Shown: positions 1 through 12,404, numbered from the stretch's first letter. The stretch is 64,000 bases of DNA from Octopus sinensis (GCF_006345805.1 NC_043013.1:33108001-33172000), one strand, 5' to 3'. Numbers and translations are program-made. Notes: generated by a model not told the origin, from the letters alone.

Positions 1-344
1 GCGCACATTCATGTTCGGTTACACTTGTGAAGAGACTGTCAGAGCAATTGATTAACTACTCTTAAATTTTCGACTCTGCTGTTTCGTTCAAATTATTCAG
101 TATGCTTATATTTATATATCTTTATAAAAACCAAACCACTTATAGCGTACTAATCTTACGTTTTACATCGTCATGATAATAATATTTCTAGAAATAAATC
201 TGTTAAGGAGCAAAAGGAATGATACTTTCATCTGTAATCTTTATAACTTATTCTATCTTGTTTTAGATGTGCTTAGATTAGTTTGGATTGGATTGGATTA
301 CTTAGTTTGAGCCCACGGCAGGACGAAGGACTCAGCATGTTCTC

Positions 345-438
345 TCCACCAACCGCAGTCTGATGTAGAGGTCGGGAATTTGAGCTCGTGATCATAGTGG
401 TTTGATGAGCCGACTCTTCCAACTGGCTCAACATGGCA
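345..438 (-). mobile_element. Degenerate tRNA-like SINE head
   Basis: Minus strand reads GCCATGTTGAGCCAGTTGG (A-box-like) ... GAGCTCAAATTCCC (B-box-like). No recognisable body. Confidence 0.35.
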
Positions 439-484
439 TGGCAGAAAGATGCAATGATTTTAAACTTATGCTTATTTATTTATT

Positions 485-778
485 TATGCACTCTTTTCAA
501 GCTTAGCCAGGCTCATGGGCCCGGGTTCCCGGTTTCTATGGTGTATGTGTCCCCCCCCCCAGCAAGACGGGACACCAGTCCATCGCAGCGGTACTCAAGA
601 AACAGGAAGAAAGAGTGAGAGAAAGTTGGAGCGAAAGAGTACAACAGGGGTCGCCACCATCCCGTGCCGGAGCCTCGTGGAGCTTTAGGTGTTTTCGCTC
701 AATAAACACATACAACGCACGGTCTGGGAATCGAAACCGCGATCCTCCGATCACTAACCGGGGCATTGCACCTCCATA
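485..778 (-). mobile_element. tRNA-derived SINE, family B (middle M2 + tail T1)
   Basis: Minus strand: ATGGAGGTGCAATG head, B-box GGTTTCGATTCC, middle TTATTGAGCGAAAACACCTAAAGCTCC shared with 54366-54723, tail GCGATGGACTGG...GGGCCCATGAGCCTGG shared with 15214-15441. Short deletion in the tRNA part. Confidence 0.9.
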
Positions 779-794
779 CTTATGCTTAGGAATA

Positions 795-954
795 GTTAAG
801 TCAGTTACATCGAACCCAGTGCTCAACTAGTTCATCCGAATAGATGACAGGCAAGTCTACCTCGGTTGAATTTGAACTCAGAATGTAAGGACGGACGGAA
901 CGTCGCTATGCATTTCACCTGACGTGCTAATGATTCTGCCAGATCATCGCCTTG
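795..954 (-). mobile_element. Degenerate tRNA-derived SINE, family C
   Basis: Reverse complement aligns with the GGCGAGCTGGCAGAATCGTTAGCAC...TTCTGAGTTCAAATTC...GAGGTCGACTTTGCC family seen at 26389 and 36869. Confidence 0.8.
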
Positions 955-1374
955 TTTTACTTAAATAATTTCTTATATTTGGTTTAACTTGACGCAAACA
1001 TGGCTGGCCGTTCCTGTTAACACTCGTCAAACCTATCCACGCGTAACTATGTTATGAAAGTTGGTTTTAAGATCAACCTGATCGGGTGAACTCGGTTGAT
1101 TGCTTGGGGAACAGCAATCCATGTTGATGTCATTAAAAAGGAAGACAAATACAGTTCTACGATTGAAACGGTCAAGAATAATGAATACGATTTTTCACTT
1201 GATTTTATGCAGCGTAGAGGTGTTTTTCAAGTTCCAATGGTGTTAGCTAACGTAGTGGCTCTACCTTTGGACATGTGCCGGAAAGAGGTCGCCTTCCCAT
1301 AACCCGACGTAATTCTTCTTTTTGGTTAGGATGTAGCGTTTCTTTACGTCTGCTTCATATACTATGGAATTTAC

Positions 1375-1467
1375 ATTATTTACATTATTTACATTTGACA
1401 GATTTTTGTCCTCATCTTGTTTGTTGTTAACACAAAGTTTCAGCTGATATATCCTCCAGGAGCCTTC

Positions 1468-1468
<1 letters not shown>
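1375..1468 (-). mobile_element. Penelope-like terminal-repeat fragment with truncated hammerhead-like core
   Basis: Minus strand GAAGGCT...AGCTGAAAC resembles the CTGATGAAGG..CCGAAAC motif of Penelope pLTRs. It is cut off by the (TAT)n tract. Family assignment is from memory. Confidence 0.45.
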
Positions 1469-1511
<43 letters not shown>

Positions 1512-1513
<2 letters not shown>

Positions 1514-2072
1514 GCGTGAGAGAGCAGTGCATGCCATTAAAATGACACTAGGGTAAAATATACGAAGCCCAGTATACCCATCATGACTACCCATCTGATA
1601 AGGGTACACCAGGCACATGCATCACAACCATGTGTGCGCGACATGGTGATCTCATATCAAGATAAACAGCACATGACCTTGCAGGTGGGGCCCAGTTAGA
1701 ATTTTCTTCTGGTCGAGTAACCCATTCCGCTCAAAAGGTCCCTGAATAAGGGTTGTTTAAGGATGTTACACAAAGCACCAATGTTTCCAGAGGTGAATTA
1801 TCCAAACCCCAAAGAATCCCTCTCAACACATGACTATGATGCTCCCCCACTACTTCTGCTAGTGATCAGAGATGCACATATCGTCAGCCACGAAGGGACA
1901 TGCTCAACTGGTTAAGGTCAAGCAACTGAGAAGCAAATCAGTGGTGTTGAGCAGAATATTTCCTATACCCCATCTTTTATACCAAGACAAAACAATGTAC
2001 ATGATAGAACTTCCAATCAGTTAAGATCAGAAGCCATGAGAGCCACTGCCTGGTACTGGATTAGGGCATTTA
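1512..2072 (-). mobile_element. ~560-bp interspersed repeat embedded in (TAA)n, probably a LINE 3' portion
   Basis: Complex, higher-GC block bounded by (TAT)n at 1468-1511 and (ATT/ATC)n at 2073-2160. I recall it as a high-copy octopus repeat, but there is only one copy in this window. Strand is a guess. Confidence 0.5.
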
Positions 2073-2554
2073 TAATTATAATTATTATTATTATCATCAT
2101 CATCATCACATTATTATTATTATTATTATTATTATCATTATTATTATTATTATTATTAATTTCTTTTGAATCGTTTGATCCGTCAAATCTGATAGTCAAT
2201 TCTGGTCATGTTTCTGCCTTATACTGGCTCCTTGTCTTCCCTGTAACTGGCGAATTAATGATGGGAAAAATCCCAGCCCGTTATAATTGATTCAGATGAG
2301 TATGGCGTCTTTGAATAATAGTTAAAAAATTGTTTTAAAAAATCTATCATCATTGTTTCATTAATCCATGTTTTTCTTAATTTGATTCTTTTTTCGAATT
2401 GTATTTATATGTACGCCTTCTGAATAAATGTTCATCCGTTTATCTGTGTGTCCGCCCGTATGCCTGCCTGCATATCTATTTGTTTGAGTGTCTGTCTGTC
2501 TGTCTGTTTGTCTGTCCGTCCGTCTGTCTGTCTGTCTGTCTGCTTGTCTGTCTG

Positions 2555-2645
<91 letters not shown>

Positions 2646-2963
2646 GAATGTCTGCCTATCTATCTAACATTCTATTATATATACATACCCACACGCACAT
2701 ATATATATACATGTACACATATATATACATACACACACATATATATACATACACGCATACACACACATATATATATACACACACGTATATAAATAAATTT
2801 ATGTGTGTGTGTGTGTGTGTGTGTTTGTATACGCACACATACATACGTACATCTATACATACACATATTCACGCACAGAAAACCTAGAGTTTACATACTT
2901 GAAGCCAGCCTTTCTTCCGTTCCAGCATTCTGCCTCATTCCATCGCGTTTCCTTTCTTCCCAA

Positions 2964-2982
2964 CACACACTTACACACACAC

Positions 2983-3016
<34 letters not shown>

Positions 3017-3270
3017 CACACTTACACACACACACACACACAACACACACACACACACACACACGCACACACACGCACACGCACACACACACGCACACAC
3101 ACACGCACACGCACACACACACACACGCACACACACACACACGCACACACACACACGCGCACACACACACACCACACACACAAACACACGCACACACACA
3201 CACAACACACACACGCACGCACACACACACGCACACACACACACACAACACACACACATACACACACACA
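2964..3270. repeat. Long imperfect (CA)n microsatellite
   Basis: Directly visible. Part of a microsatellite-rich block spanning about 2480-3830 (TCTG/TCTA, CA, TA). Confidence 0.95.
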
Positions 3271-3529
3271 AGAAAAAAGAAAAGACAAAACCCGATCTCT
3301 CTTCCAGAACAGTGATTCCTTTTTACATTTCCAATATTGTACATGTGTTCCCACCAGCCAACACCCACCTCCATCCTTCAGCATCTATAATCTTGAGGAA
3401 TTTAGTGAAAACATTAAATATACCAATTAGTGGAGACTCCCAACGAACATTCACATATATTCACTCACAGACTTCTACATGCACACACACACACACACAC
3501 CACACACACACACACACACGCGCATGCAC

Positions 3530-3605
<76 letters not shown>

Positions 3606-4913
3606 CTACCTACATATCTCTCTCTCTATCTATCTATCTGTGTGTCTTCTGTCTGTCTATCTATCTATCTATCACTGGCTCGTGCACATATATACACATA
3701 TATATGCACACACATATACAGACACACACAAAGACTCACACACACATATATGTATATATGTAGGTATGTATACTCACATACACGGATACAGATACATAGC
3801 TACCACATACTAACATACACACATATATATTACTTACTCTCCGCAAATATAAAAACACCCTCACACATGTACATTCTTCAATTTTTCACGAATGAAACGG
3901 CTTCATCTCCCGGAATTACTCAAAAGAAACAATAGTTGAAAGCATGACGCTGCGTAGCTTCCTGAACCCGACCAGATTTGATCCCGTCTGTAGAGCGCCA
4001 GTTGACCGTAACAACGTATCTTTAAATAGATACAATTAATGAAATTAGGTTAAAAGTTGGAATGATTCTCTTAATTCCTTTTCCTTCTCGCTACCTCCAT
4101 TTACATGTCCGTTACATTGCTACGAAACACGCAGCCTCTAACAGGGTTTTTAATTTCTACCGTCTGTTCATGTGAATAGGCCTGTTGTACAGGACATAGA
4201 TGTAAATGATACAAGCTTGACTGCTGTTCTTGTTAACGATGATCTTGCTATTGTCGCTGCTGTTAGGCACTAAGTTTGTTCTTGAGCGAGTAAATGTATG
4301 TCGGAAAACGTTTCTGCGGTGATATTTTGTATATTTTTTTAGTCATGAGTAAAGTGTGTGTCATTTACTCTTTACAGAGCCTCGACGCTGGTGAGAGTAA
4401 TGGATAAGTTATCTTACAACTGAGAACTAGTCCGAAATACTTGTAACAGGGTAGTGTCTGTCAAAGTCCCTTATTGTCGGAGCGAGATAACAAACAGAAG
4501 TCGGAGATCCAGAACAAATAACACAGGGTATTAAGTCCGCGATCCTTACAATTTAGTGTCAAGACTAAAATCGAATATCAACTGACCAGAATATTTCTTA
4601 CATTCCCTCTAATCCACCAGCGCATGGATTGATTTTGAACTTCAGAAGAATGAAAAACCGATTTGATTCTGGTGGAATTTGAACAAATGCCACGAGGTTT
4701 CTAGTCATTGAATAAATACCACAAGGTTTCGTGCAGTTCCTTAGTACAATAATCCCAGGATCTGATACATTTCTAACTATTTCGAACAGAGAAAACAAGT
4801 GTAAAGTTGACTTTGGCCAAATTGAACTCAGAGTCGGAAATATATATATATTGTCTTTTCTTTTTTCTTGTGTGTATGTGTGTGTGTGTTGGGAAGAAAG
4901 GAAATGCGATCGA

Positions 4914-4948
<35 letters not shown>

Positions 4949-5374
4949 CGTGTGTGTGTGTGTGTATGAATGCGCGTATGTGTGTATGTATGCATGTATG
5001 TATATGTGTATGTATGTATGTATGTATGTATGTATGTATGTATGTGTGTGTGTGTGTGTGTGTGAATGTATGTATGTATGTATGTATGTATGTATGTATG
5101 TATGTATGTATGAATGTATGTATATATATATAACGATGATTTCCAAGAGAAAAGGAAGGCGGGAGAAAAAGTCGCCAACGATCCACATGAAGTAACATTT
5201 TGAAATATATGCATATGCACAAATGCATACGTACATACATACGCAAATGTATATGTGGTGTGTGTGTGTGTACGTCCTGGACTACTTCAGTCATAGTCTA
5301 ATAACTTAATGAACACTGTAGAAGGATATAAGAAGCGTTGAGATACATAGATACAGAGGTAGATAGGCAGACAG

Positions 5375-5405
<31 letters not shown>

Positions 5406-5407
5406 AT

Positions 5408-5450
<43 letters not shown>

Positions 5451-5451
5451 T

Positions 5452-5655
5452 GTTTCTTTATTAGCCACACAGGGCTGCACACAGATAGAACAAATTACAA
5501 GGTAGAGCTTTTCTTTTGAAGGTTTAAAAAAAAAAAAAAAAAAAGGAAGGGGGAGTTTCGATCAAAAGGGATCGTAAAAGGAGAGAAAGAGGACAAAAAA
5601 AAGGGGGGTTAAAAAAAAAAAAAATAAAAAAAAAAGGGGGAGAGGAAAAAAAATT
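5452..5655 (-). mobile_element. LINE-like 3' end embedded in (GATA)n
   Basis: Minus strand: T-rich UTR, TTTACGATCCCTTTTGATCGAAA, CTCTACCTTGTAA, then TGTGTGCAGCCCTGTGTGGCTAATAAAGAAAC followed by (TATC)n. A second copy is at 28861-29045. (GATA)n lies on both sides (5410-5450, 5656-5830). Confidence 0.75.
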
Positions 5656-5700
<45 letters not shown>

Positions 5701-5741
5701 GTAGATAGATTGATAGATAGATAGATAGATAGATAGATATT

Positions 5742-5830
<89 letters not shown>

Positions 5831-7427
5831 GGATTGCTAGATAGATAAATGGATGATTAAAATGACAGTAAGAAGGAACCGATCTTATTTTATCCTTGAC
5901 GTGGTCAGTTATATAATCTGAAACCACTTCAACATGACTAGCCTCACTGAAAGCATTAAATAGTGCTTACGATCATATTCTTCGAGAAATTTCCTAGATT
6001 TACGATTGAAAGGATGCCAAAATTCATATGCAAACAAAAAGAAAAAAAAAAGTTACAAAATATTAAGATTTCATTTCTTTGGCCCACCTCCAGAAGCGAG
6101 TTATATTTTAGAGGAAGTTCTTTTAAATTATTTTGGTATTTATCATGTTCTAAAAAAATTAATTTCATTCAGTATTTTTTTATTTGTCTTGATTTCCTCC
6201 TCCGTTTTGTTGTGAGACTGGGAGTGGGTGGAGTATCGGGTGATTACGTATTTTTCTTTTTAAATTTGATATCATCAATAATAACCAATGTTATACGATA
6301 TCATTTCTGATATATGTAAATTGATTTATGTACGTATATATGTGAGTGAGTACATATCTCTCCATTAAAACATATATATATATGTAAATCCAATTATCTA
6401 CATTGTTATTTGAACAAACGTACATAAACTAAAAATGAGAAAGAGATACATTTAGATATAATTATGACCAGGGACTTACAAATTTTATCAAGAAACATTA
6501 TCCATTTCAATTACAGTACCGATTCGAGATTGAAACTAAAATCTCTTCCTTCACATGTGACTACAATACTCCAAAGAATTTCCCCCATCCCTTTAACTGT
6601 AATTTTTTATTCGAAAGCTTTCATCCTGTGAGCAAATGCCTAAACTGATAAAACTGTTTACCACAGGCTACAAAACTACTTTAAAATTCGTTTCTATCAG
6701 CCTATTCATATATTTATGTCAACAGAAAGTTTCTTCTAATACATTTGGTTTTTGGAAGAAACAAAATATGCGGCATTTAAAATATGATGGTAGAATTTTG
6801 ATCTTTCTTATCCTTTACGTACAGGATAGACCACATTTGAATTAGTGCCGCAAGATTTGATGAAGTAAAAATCTATGGGTTGAAAATCAAAGCTGTAAAC
6901 AGTTTAAATCAACGTTCAGAAACGTTAAATCGCTGCAGCTATCTGTCTACATATTTGTTTTACAGTTAACCTCTCTTCCTGCCTGCCTGTCTGTCTGTTT
7001 ATCTATCTATATATCTATCAATCTCTGTTTGTACGTCTGTATGTCTGCTTACCTATCTGTCTATACATGCATACATACATACATTCATATATAATCCGAT
7101 GATGAGCTAGCTAGCTGACCGAAACTTCGAAGTTATTGTCAATATTATTCTTGTTAAAGAATAATAAATTTATGCTCTACTAAATGTATTGAGTAATCCT
7201 TCAATCTAAGGTAAAATTATTTCTATTATAACATAGGAACATTAATATATATAGTGTGTCTGTACGTCACTTTGTCTATTTATCGTCGTCCTTGTATGAT
7301 TAATTCTTTTACAAATCACCGTATTGGCCAAATTGCTAATACGCTGGCTTTGCAATTACTCGGAACAAATTTCAATCCCACTGCTACTGACCTTAACCAA
7401 ATATATTCTACCTTATACTTGATTTGA

Positions 7428-7737
7428 CCTAAGACTAGTATAGTTAATCTGCGGTCTGTGTAGATACCACAATATTACCCTTGGGTCTCATCAGCATAAT
7501 TCATTATATTGTAAAAATTCTTACCTGGCTGTCGATTCTAGGAAGCTTATGAGAGATGTTTCTTCATCTATCAATCTATCGATCTATCTATCTGACTTAC
7601 TGTCTGTCTGTCTATCTATTTATATATCTATCTATCTGTCTGTCTATCTGCCTCTGTATCTATGTATCTCATTACGCTTCTTATGTCATTCTACGGTGTT
7701 CATTAAGGGACTAGACTATGACTGAAGTACTTCAGTA

Positions 7738-7798
<61 letters not shown>

Positions 7799-8012
7799 AC
7801 ATGCTATTAGCAATCAAAGGGGTCCATAGGCAAAAGATGGTCGAGAAACACTGGTCTAATGGTTGTAGGAAGATGAAGAAATATATCTCATAAGCTTCCT
7901 AGAATCGACAGCCAGGTAAGAATTTTTACAATATAATGAATTATGCTGATGAGACCCAAGGGCAATATTGTGGTATCTACACAGACTCCAGATTAACTAT
8001 ACTAGTCTTAGG
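7428..8012. repeat. Long inverted repeat: 142-bp arms (7428-7569, 7871-8012) with a 301-bp spacer
   Basis: Arms align base by base as reverse complements with about 4 mismatches. Confidence 0.95.
7800..7853 (-). mobile_element. hAT (Charlie-like) MITE left end, inverted
   Basis: Minus strand CAGTGTTTCTCGACCATCTTTTGCCTATGGACCCC matches the TIR type CAGTGGTTCTCAACC whose partner is at 8557-8571. Confidence 0.65.
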
Positions 8013-8571
8013 AGGACCCCTATAGTCATTTGATATCTAAAAACTCTTATCCTATTTTTAGGATTAAATATTATTAGAAATTGTATTAAGAATCTTTAAA
8101 TATTTTTGTGTATTGTAGAAGCATAATCAGATTATCTTTATATATAAAAGTGAAGTTGTGTGTCAGTCTCCTACGATTTAGATTCCTAACTACTCCCACA
8201 TTTTGCGGTGCAGTGTAACCAAAAGCGGGTATCCTATAGTCGTGATTCATATCGAGCCCTTCTGGGTATTAGCGCGCGTCTACGATGAGTCTACGATTTA
8301 AAAAAAAAATTACTATCATTTTTCCCAATTTTAATGCATTTTTTTGCCATTATATAAGGGAAGTAACTCTCTAAAAATGTATTATTAAATCTCAGAACGT
8401 AAAAAGCTACAGTAACACCCTCCTTCGTGGTTAGCCATATTGAGATGGCTATTATACTTTACATCTCTAAAAATGCTTATATAGTTATTTCCCTTACAAA
8501 CCCGAGCAACGCCGGGCGTTACTGCTAGTTAGACATAAATTTTAACAACCAAATCTGGTTGAGAACCACTG
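8013..8571 (+). mobile_element. hAT MITE body and right TIR, interrupted by a Helitron
   Basis: Ends in GGTTGAGAACCACTG (8557-8571), the reverse complement of the CAGTGGTTCTCAACC TIR. Confidence 0.65.
8135..8528 (+). mobile_element. Non-autonomous Helitron (394 bp)
   Basis: 5' TCTTTATATATAAAA after an A (8134); 3' hairpin CCCGAGCAACGCCGGG (8501-8516); terminal CTAG (8525-8528) followed by T. These are the canonical A|TC...CTAG|T ends. Confidence 0.9.
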
Positions 8572-8907
8572 CATGCATTAGACAGAAGATGTATGCGGAA
8601 ACCTAATTGACGGTTCTTGTGACGCCATTACGATGTTGATTAACTTTTTGCACAACATGGTGTAAAACAAACTAACAGAGTCAGTTGCGTAGATATGGGA
8701 CAGTCAGCCAAGAGAGTGTAGTTTAGATGTTTAATATGGACACACAATGTATAATGTCCGTGTTCACACTGTAGGTTACTAACGCTGTTGAGATAAAGCA
8801 CGGTACATTTATCCACTGTGTATGTATGCATGTATATATGTACGTATGTATGTATGTATGTATGTATGTATGTATGTATGTATGTATGTATGTATGTATG
8901 CATGTAC

Positions 8908-8938
<31 letters not shown>

Positions 8939-8954
8939 TGTATACTCTCTCCCT

Positions 8955-9365
8955 CTCTTTTAGTCTTTTACTTGTTTCAGTCATTTGACTGCGACCATGC
9001 TGGAGCACCGCCTTTACTCGAGCAAATCGACCCCGGGACTTATTATTTGTAAGCCCAGTACTTACTCTATCGGTCTCTTTTGCCGAACCGCTAAGTGACG
9101 GGGACGTAAACAAACCAGCATCGGTTGTCAAGCAATGCTAGGGGGACAAACATACACACATACAAACACACACACATACACATATATATATATATATATA
9201 TACGACAGGCTTCTTTCAGTTTCCGTCTACCAAATCCACTCACAAGGCATTGGTCGGCCCGGGGCTATAGCAGAGAACACTTGCCCAAGATGCCACGCAG
9301 TGGGACTGAACCCGGAACCATGTGGTTGGTTAGCAAGCTACTTACCACTCAGCCACTCCTGCGCC
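8955..9365 (-). mobile_element. Full-length tRNA-derived SINE, family A, with internal microsatellite
   Basis: Minus strand: GGCGCAGGAGTGGCTGAGTGG A-box, GGGTTCAGTCCC B-box, TTGGGCAAGTGT, internal (TA)n(TG)n, tail GGTGCTCCAGCATGG...TGACTGAAACAAGTAAAAGA. Flanked by (TATG)n on both sides. Near-identical copy at 48082-48521. Confidence 0.95.
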
Positions 9366-9403
9366 CATGTATGTATGTATGTATGCATGTATGTATGTCA
9401 TTG

Positions 9404-9503
9404 TTCAGTTTTATTTCGAGATCTCTTGTCAAAAGAGAAAGAGCCGGTTTCTAACCTAGATCCACAGCTTCTACATTGGAATTTCAACATTAACAACAGG
9501 GTA
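9404..9503 (+). repeat. ~100-bp dispersed repeat associated with (TATG)n
   Basis: AGAGAAAG..GTTTCTAACCTAGATCCA..CATTGGAAT..CAACAT.AACAACAGGGTA recurs at 39073-39171. Both copies are followed by TATG-rich sequence. Confidence 0.85.
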
Positions 9504-9992
9504 TTTTTGTATGTATGTATGTAGATACAGGTTTTAGTGTATCTATGTATGTATGAAGACACGTATTTATGTAACAATTGTGTTTTGCTCTAAACCAGAA
9601 GTCATCATGTCATTAACGAAGAACTAAAGAAGTGGTTTGTTTATGTAAGATGAAAGGAAATATTTTGTAGGGAATTGACTGGTGGGAACTGAAGGGTTGT
9701 TATATAGTTTTATTTTGTGAATGTGTATAATTGTAAAGAAATGAATCTATTGAAAGCATGTTGTAATTGTTGGTGCAAATAATATTTGATGTAAAGTCGT
9801 TCTTTTGTTACTTCAATTTTATAAGGACGAAATTTAAAAGCAAACGACAACATATTCTTGTGTAAATAAAATGAAGCATTTCAGGAGAGGAAAATGAGAG
9901 AAGACAGAAAAGTAAGAGAGATGAAGAGAGAAAGAGTAAGAGAAAGGGAGAGAGAGAGAGAGAGAGAGAAAGAGTAAGAGAAAGAGAGAGAC

Positions 9993-10029
<37 letters not shown>

Positions 10030-11422
10030 CACAGAGAGATTGATAAACATAAATAGATTGATAGATAGAAATCGATTAACCTAACTTAATCCAAGTATCT
10101 ATAGAGAGATCGATTGGTTGAACAGCAGATAAACAGACAGACAGATGTAATATTCAGGATGCAAATCAAAGTATATTTCCGAGAAGGTACCATTTCATGT
10201 AATGGATTGAGACCACATCATGAAAACTGGGGCTATTTCAAATCTATCAGAATCCAAAGAATAAGACACAAATATTATATACAAAGCAGAAAAAAAACTA
10301 AATACACGAGAAATTGCTATGCGTTAGAAGATTTAGAAAAACTAAATGATATATGCCAACTACATGTTATTTTGGATTAAACAATATGAAATTTAGCAGA
10401 AAAGCTTTGAAAATAAACAAAAATAATGTTTTCGCATTGTTTTTATAATCTATTATTTAAAAAAAAATCTACATTTTCCATTGTTTCTATGTGTTGTATT
10501 GATAGGCGATCTAGAGAATAGTATTTGTTTCAACAAAACATTTGCTAATTGTAAAACTATATAAAACTATAGAAAAGCAAAACTAATTTGTCAGGCTCCA
10601 TTGTCTATTAGCAATATTTTTGAGGAACCGAATTCTAGTGAAGACGACAAATATGTCGCCTGAAATTAGCAAAATAACAAGAAAGACAAAGGAAAGCCTC
10701 ATAGAAAGCAAAAAAAAAAAAAATCCAAAAACATAGCAACAAGACAAAATAAGATGATAAACAAATATATAATAAATAAATAAATAAATGTAATATATCT
10801 TGAACAAGTAAATTAGTAAATGGAATTAGAAGTAATGAAATAAATGAATTTACAATAGATAAATAGGTAATGAAAGCAATAAAAATTAAAACACATTATG
10901 AAAAGAAAATAACAATATATATTTAAATAGTAAAGGGAGGAACTCCTAATGAAATGAAACGCGGAAAGACGTAAAAACAATAGGATGCATATAAGTGTGC
11001 ATATAGGACAAGTACATACATATATGTATATATATATATATATATATAATTATGTATGATTATGTATGTATGTATGTATGTATATTAGAACAAAAGTGAT
11101 TTCAGGATTATAAAGGAAATTGGATATACTTTAATACAATATAATAAGATGCTGCAATGCAATACAAAAAGTAGAAGATGCAAAGAAGAAAAATAAATCC
11201 CCTCAAAAAAAAAAAGATGCAACAAAAAAATTTACAAAAGATGAAGTAAAAAGAAAGAAAGAAAGCGGCAGATCTTGCAAGACTTGTGAAGCACAGCAGT
11301 GATAAATTAAAGGAAGTGAGAAAAGATTTGTGGTAATTAAAAGAATATAACTATAATGACATCAACAAGGAAAATGATGTATAAATGAATCAAGTGACAA
11401 TAAAAAGAGTGACAATGACGAG

Positions 11423-11453
<31 letters not shown>

Positions 11454-11563
11454 TGTATGTATAAATGTAAATATATAGTATATAGTATATGTATATCTAC
11501 GTGCATACATACATACATACATAATATATATATGTACATATATAAGTTTTTTGTGTATTCTCC

Positions 11564-11601
<38 letters not shown>

Positions 11602-11605
11602 TATT

Positions 11606-11640
<35 letters not shown>

Positions 11641-11817
11641 TACATATATATATATACATTATATATATATATATATATATATACATATATATATTATATA
11701 TATATATATATATTATTAATATATGCACACATGTACATATATGCCTATGTAAGAATGTATATTGTGAATAGGCATATGAATGCATTATAAGCGTGTGTGC
11801 GAATAAGTGTGTGGTGT

Positions 11818-11865
<48 letters not shown>

Positions 11866-12348
11866 TGTTTGTGTGTGTATGTGTGAGTAGAATTTACTTA
11901 TTTGCTATTAAGGTAATTTCTGAATACGAAATTACAATTACATAGAATTCGTAAGAAGACAATAGAATGTATTATGATACAATACTTAAGCATATATATA
12001 TAAACAAACATATCGATGTTAACGTGAGCACACACACAAACACATACACACACATACACGCATTTGTACACACTCACACACAAATGTATACGCACATATA
12101 TGTTGTTGGGCAACGCTCCAAAGGAGCAGTACGTAAGTGGTGTGCAGTAGTTGATTAAGGGCAGTCCAGTCACCTGTTGATGTGGACTGGCTAAAATCTC
12201 TCTGTGTCTCCCTATCTTCGTCATTCACTCACGACGTTTTTCATCCACACACTCACTCACTCACTCACTCACTCACTCACTCACTCACCCTTTTTATATA
12301 TCTCTCTGTCTATCTAATCAATCTATCTGCCTGTTTGTCTATCTTTCA

Positions 12349-12404
<56 letters not shown>

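Noticed and set aside
433-830. ORFs 433-618, 536-826 and 615-830
   Set aside because: They lie within a SINE, as do similar ORFs at 9125, 15158, 26465, 37076 and 48253.
4600-4840. Two very degenerate family C SINE cores (also about 22085-22205)
   Set aside because: Only short motif matches; boundaries cannot be supported.
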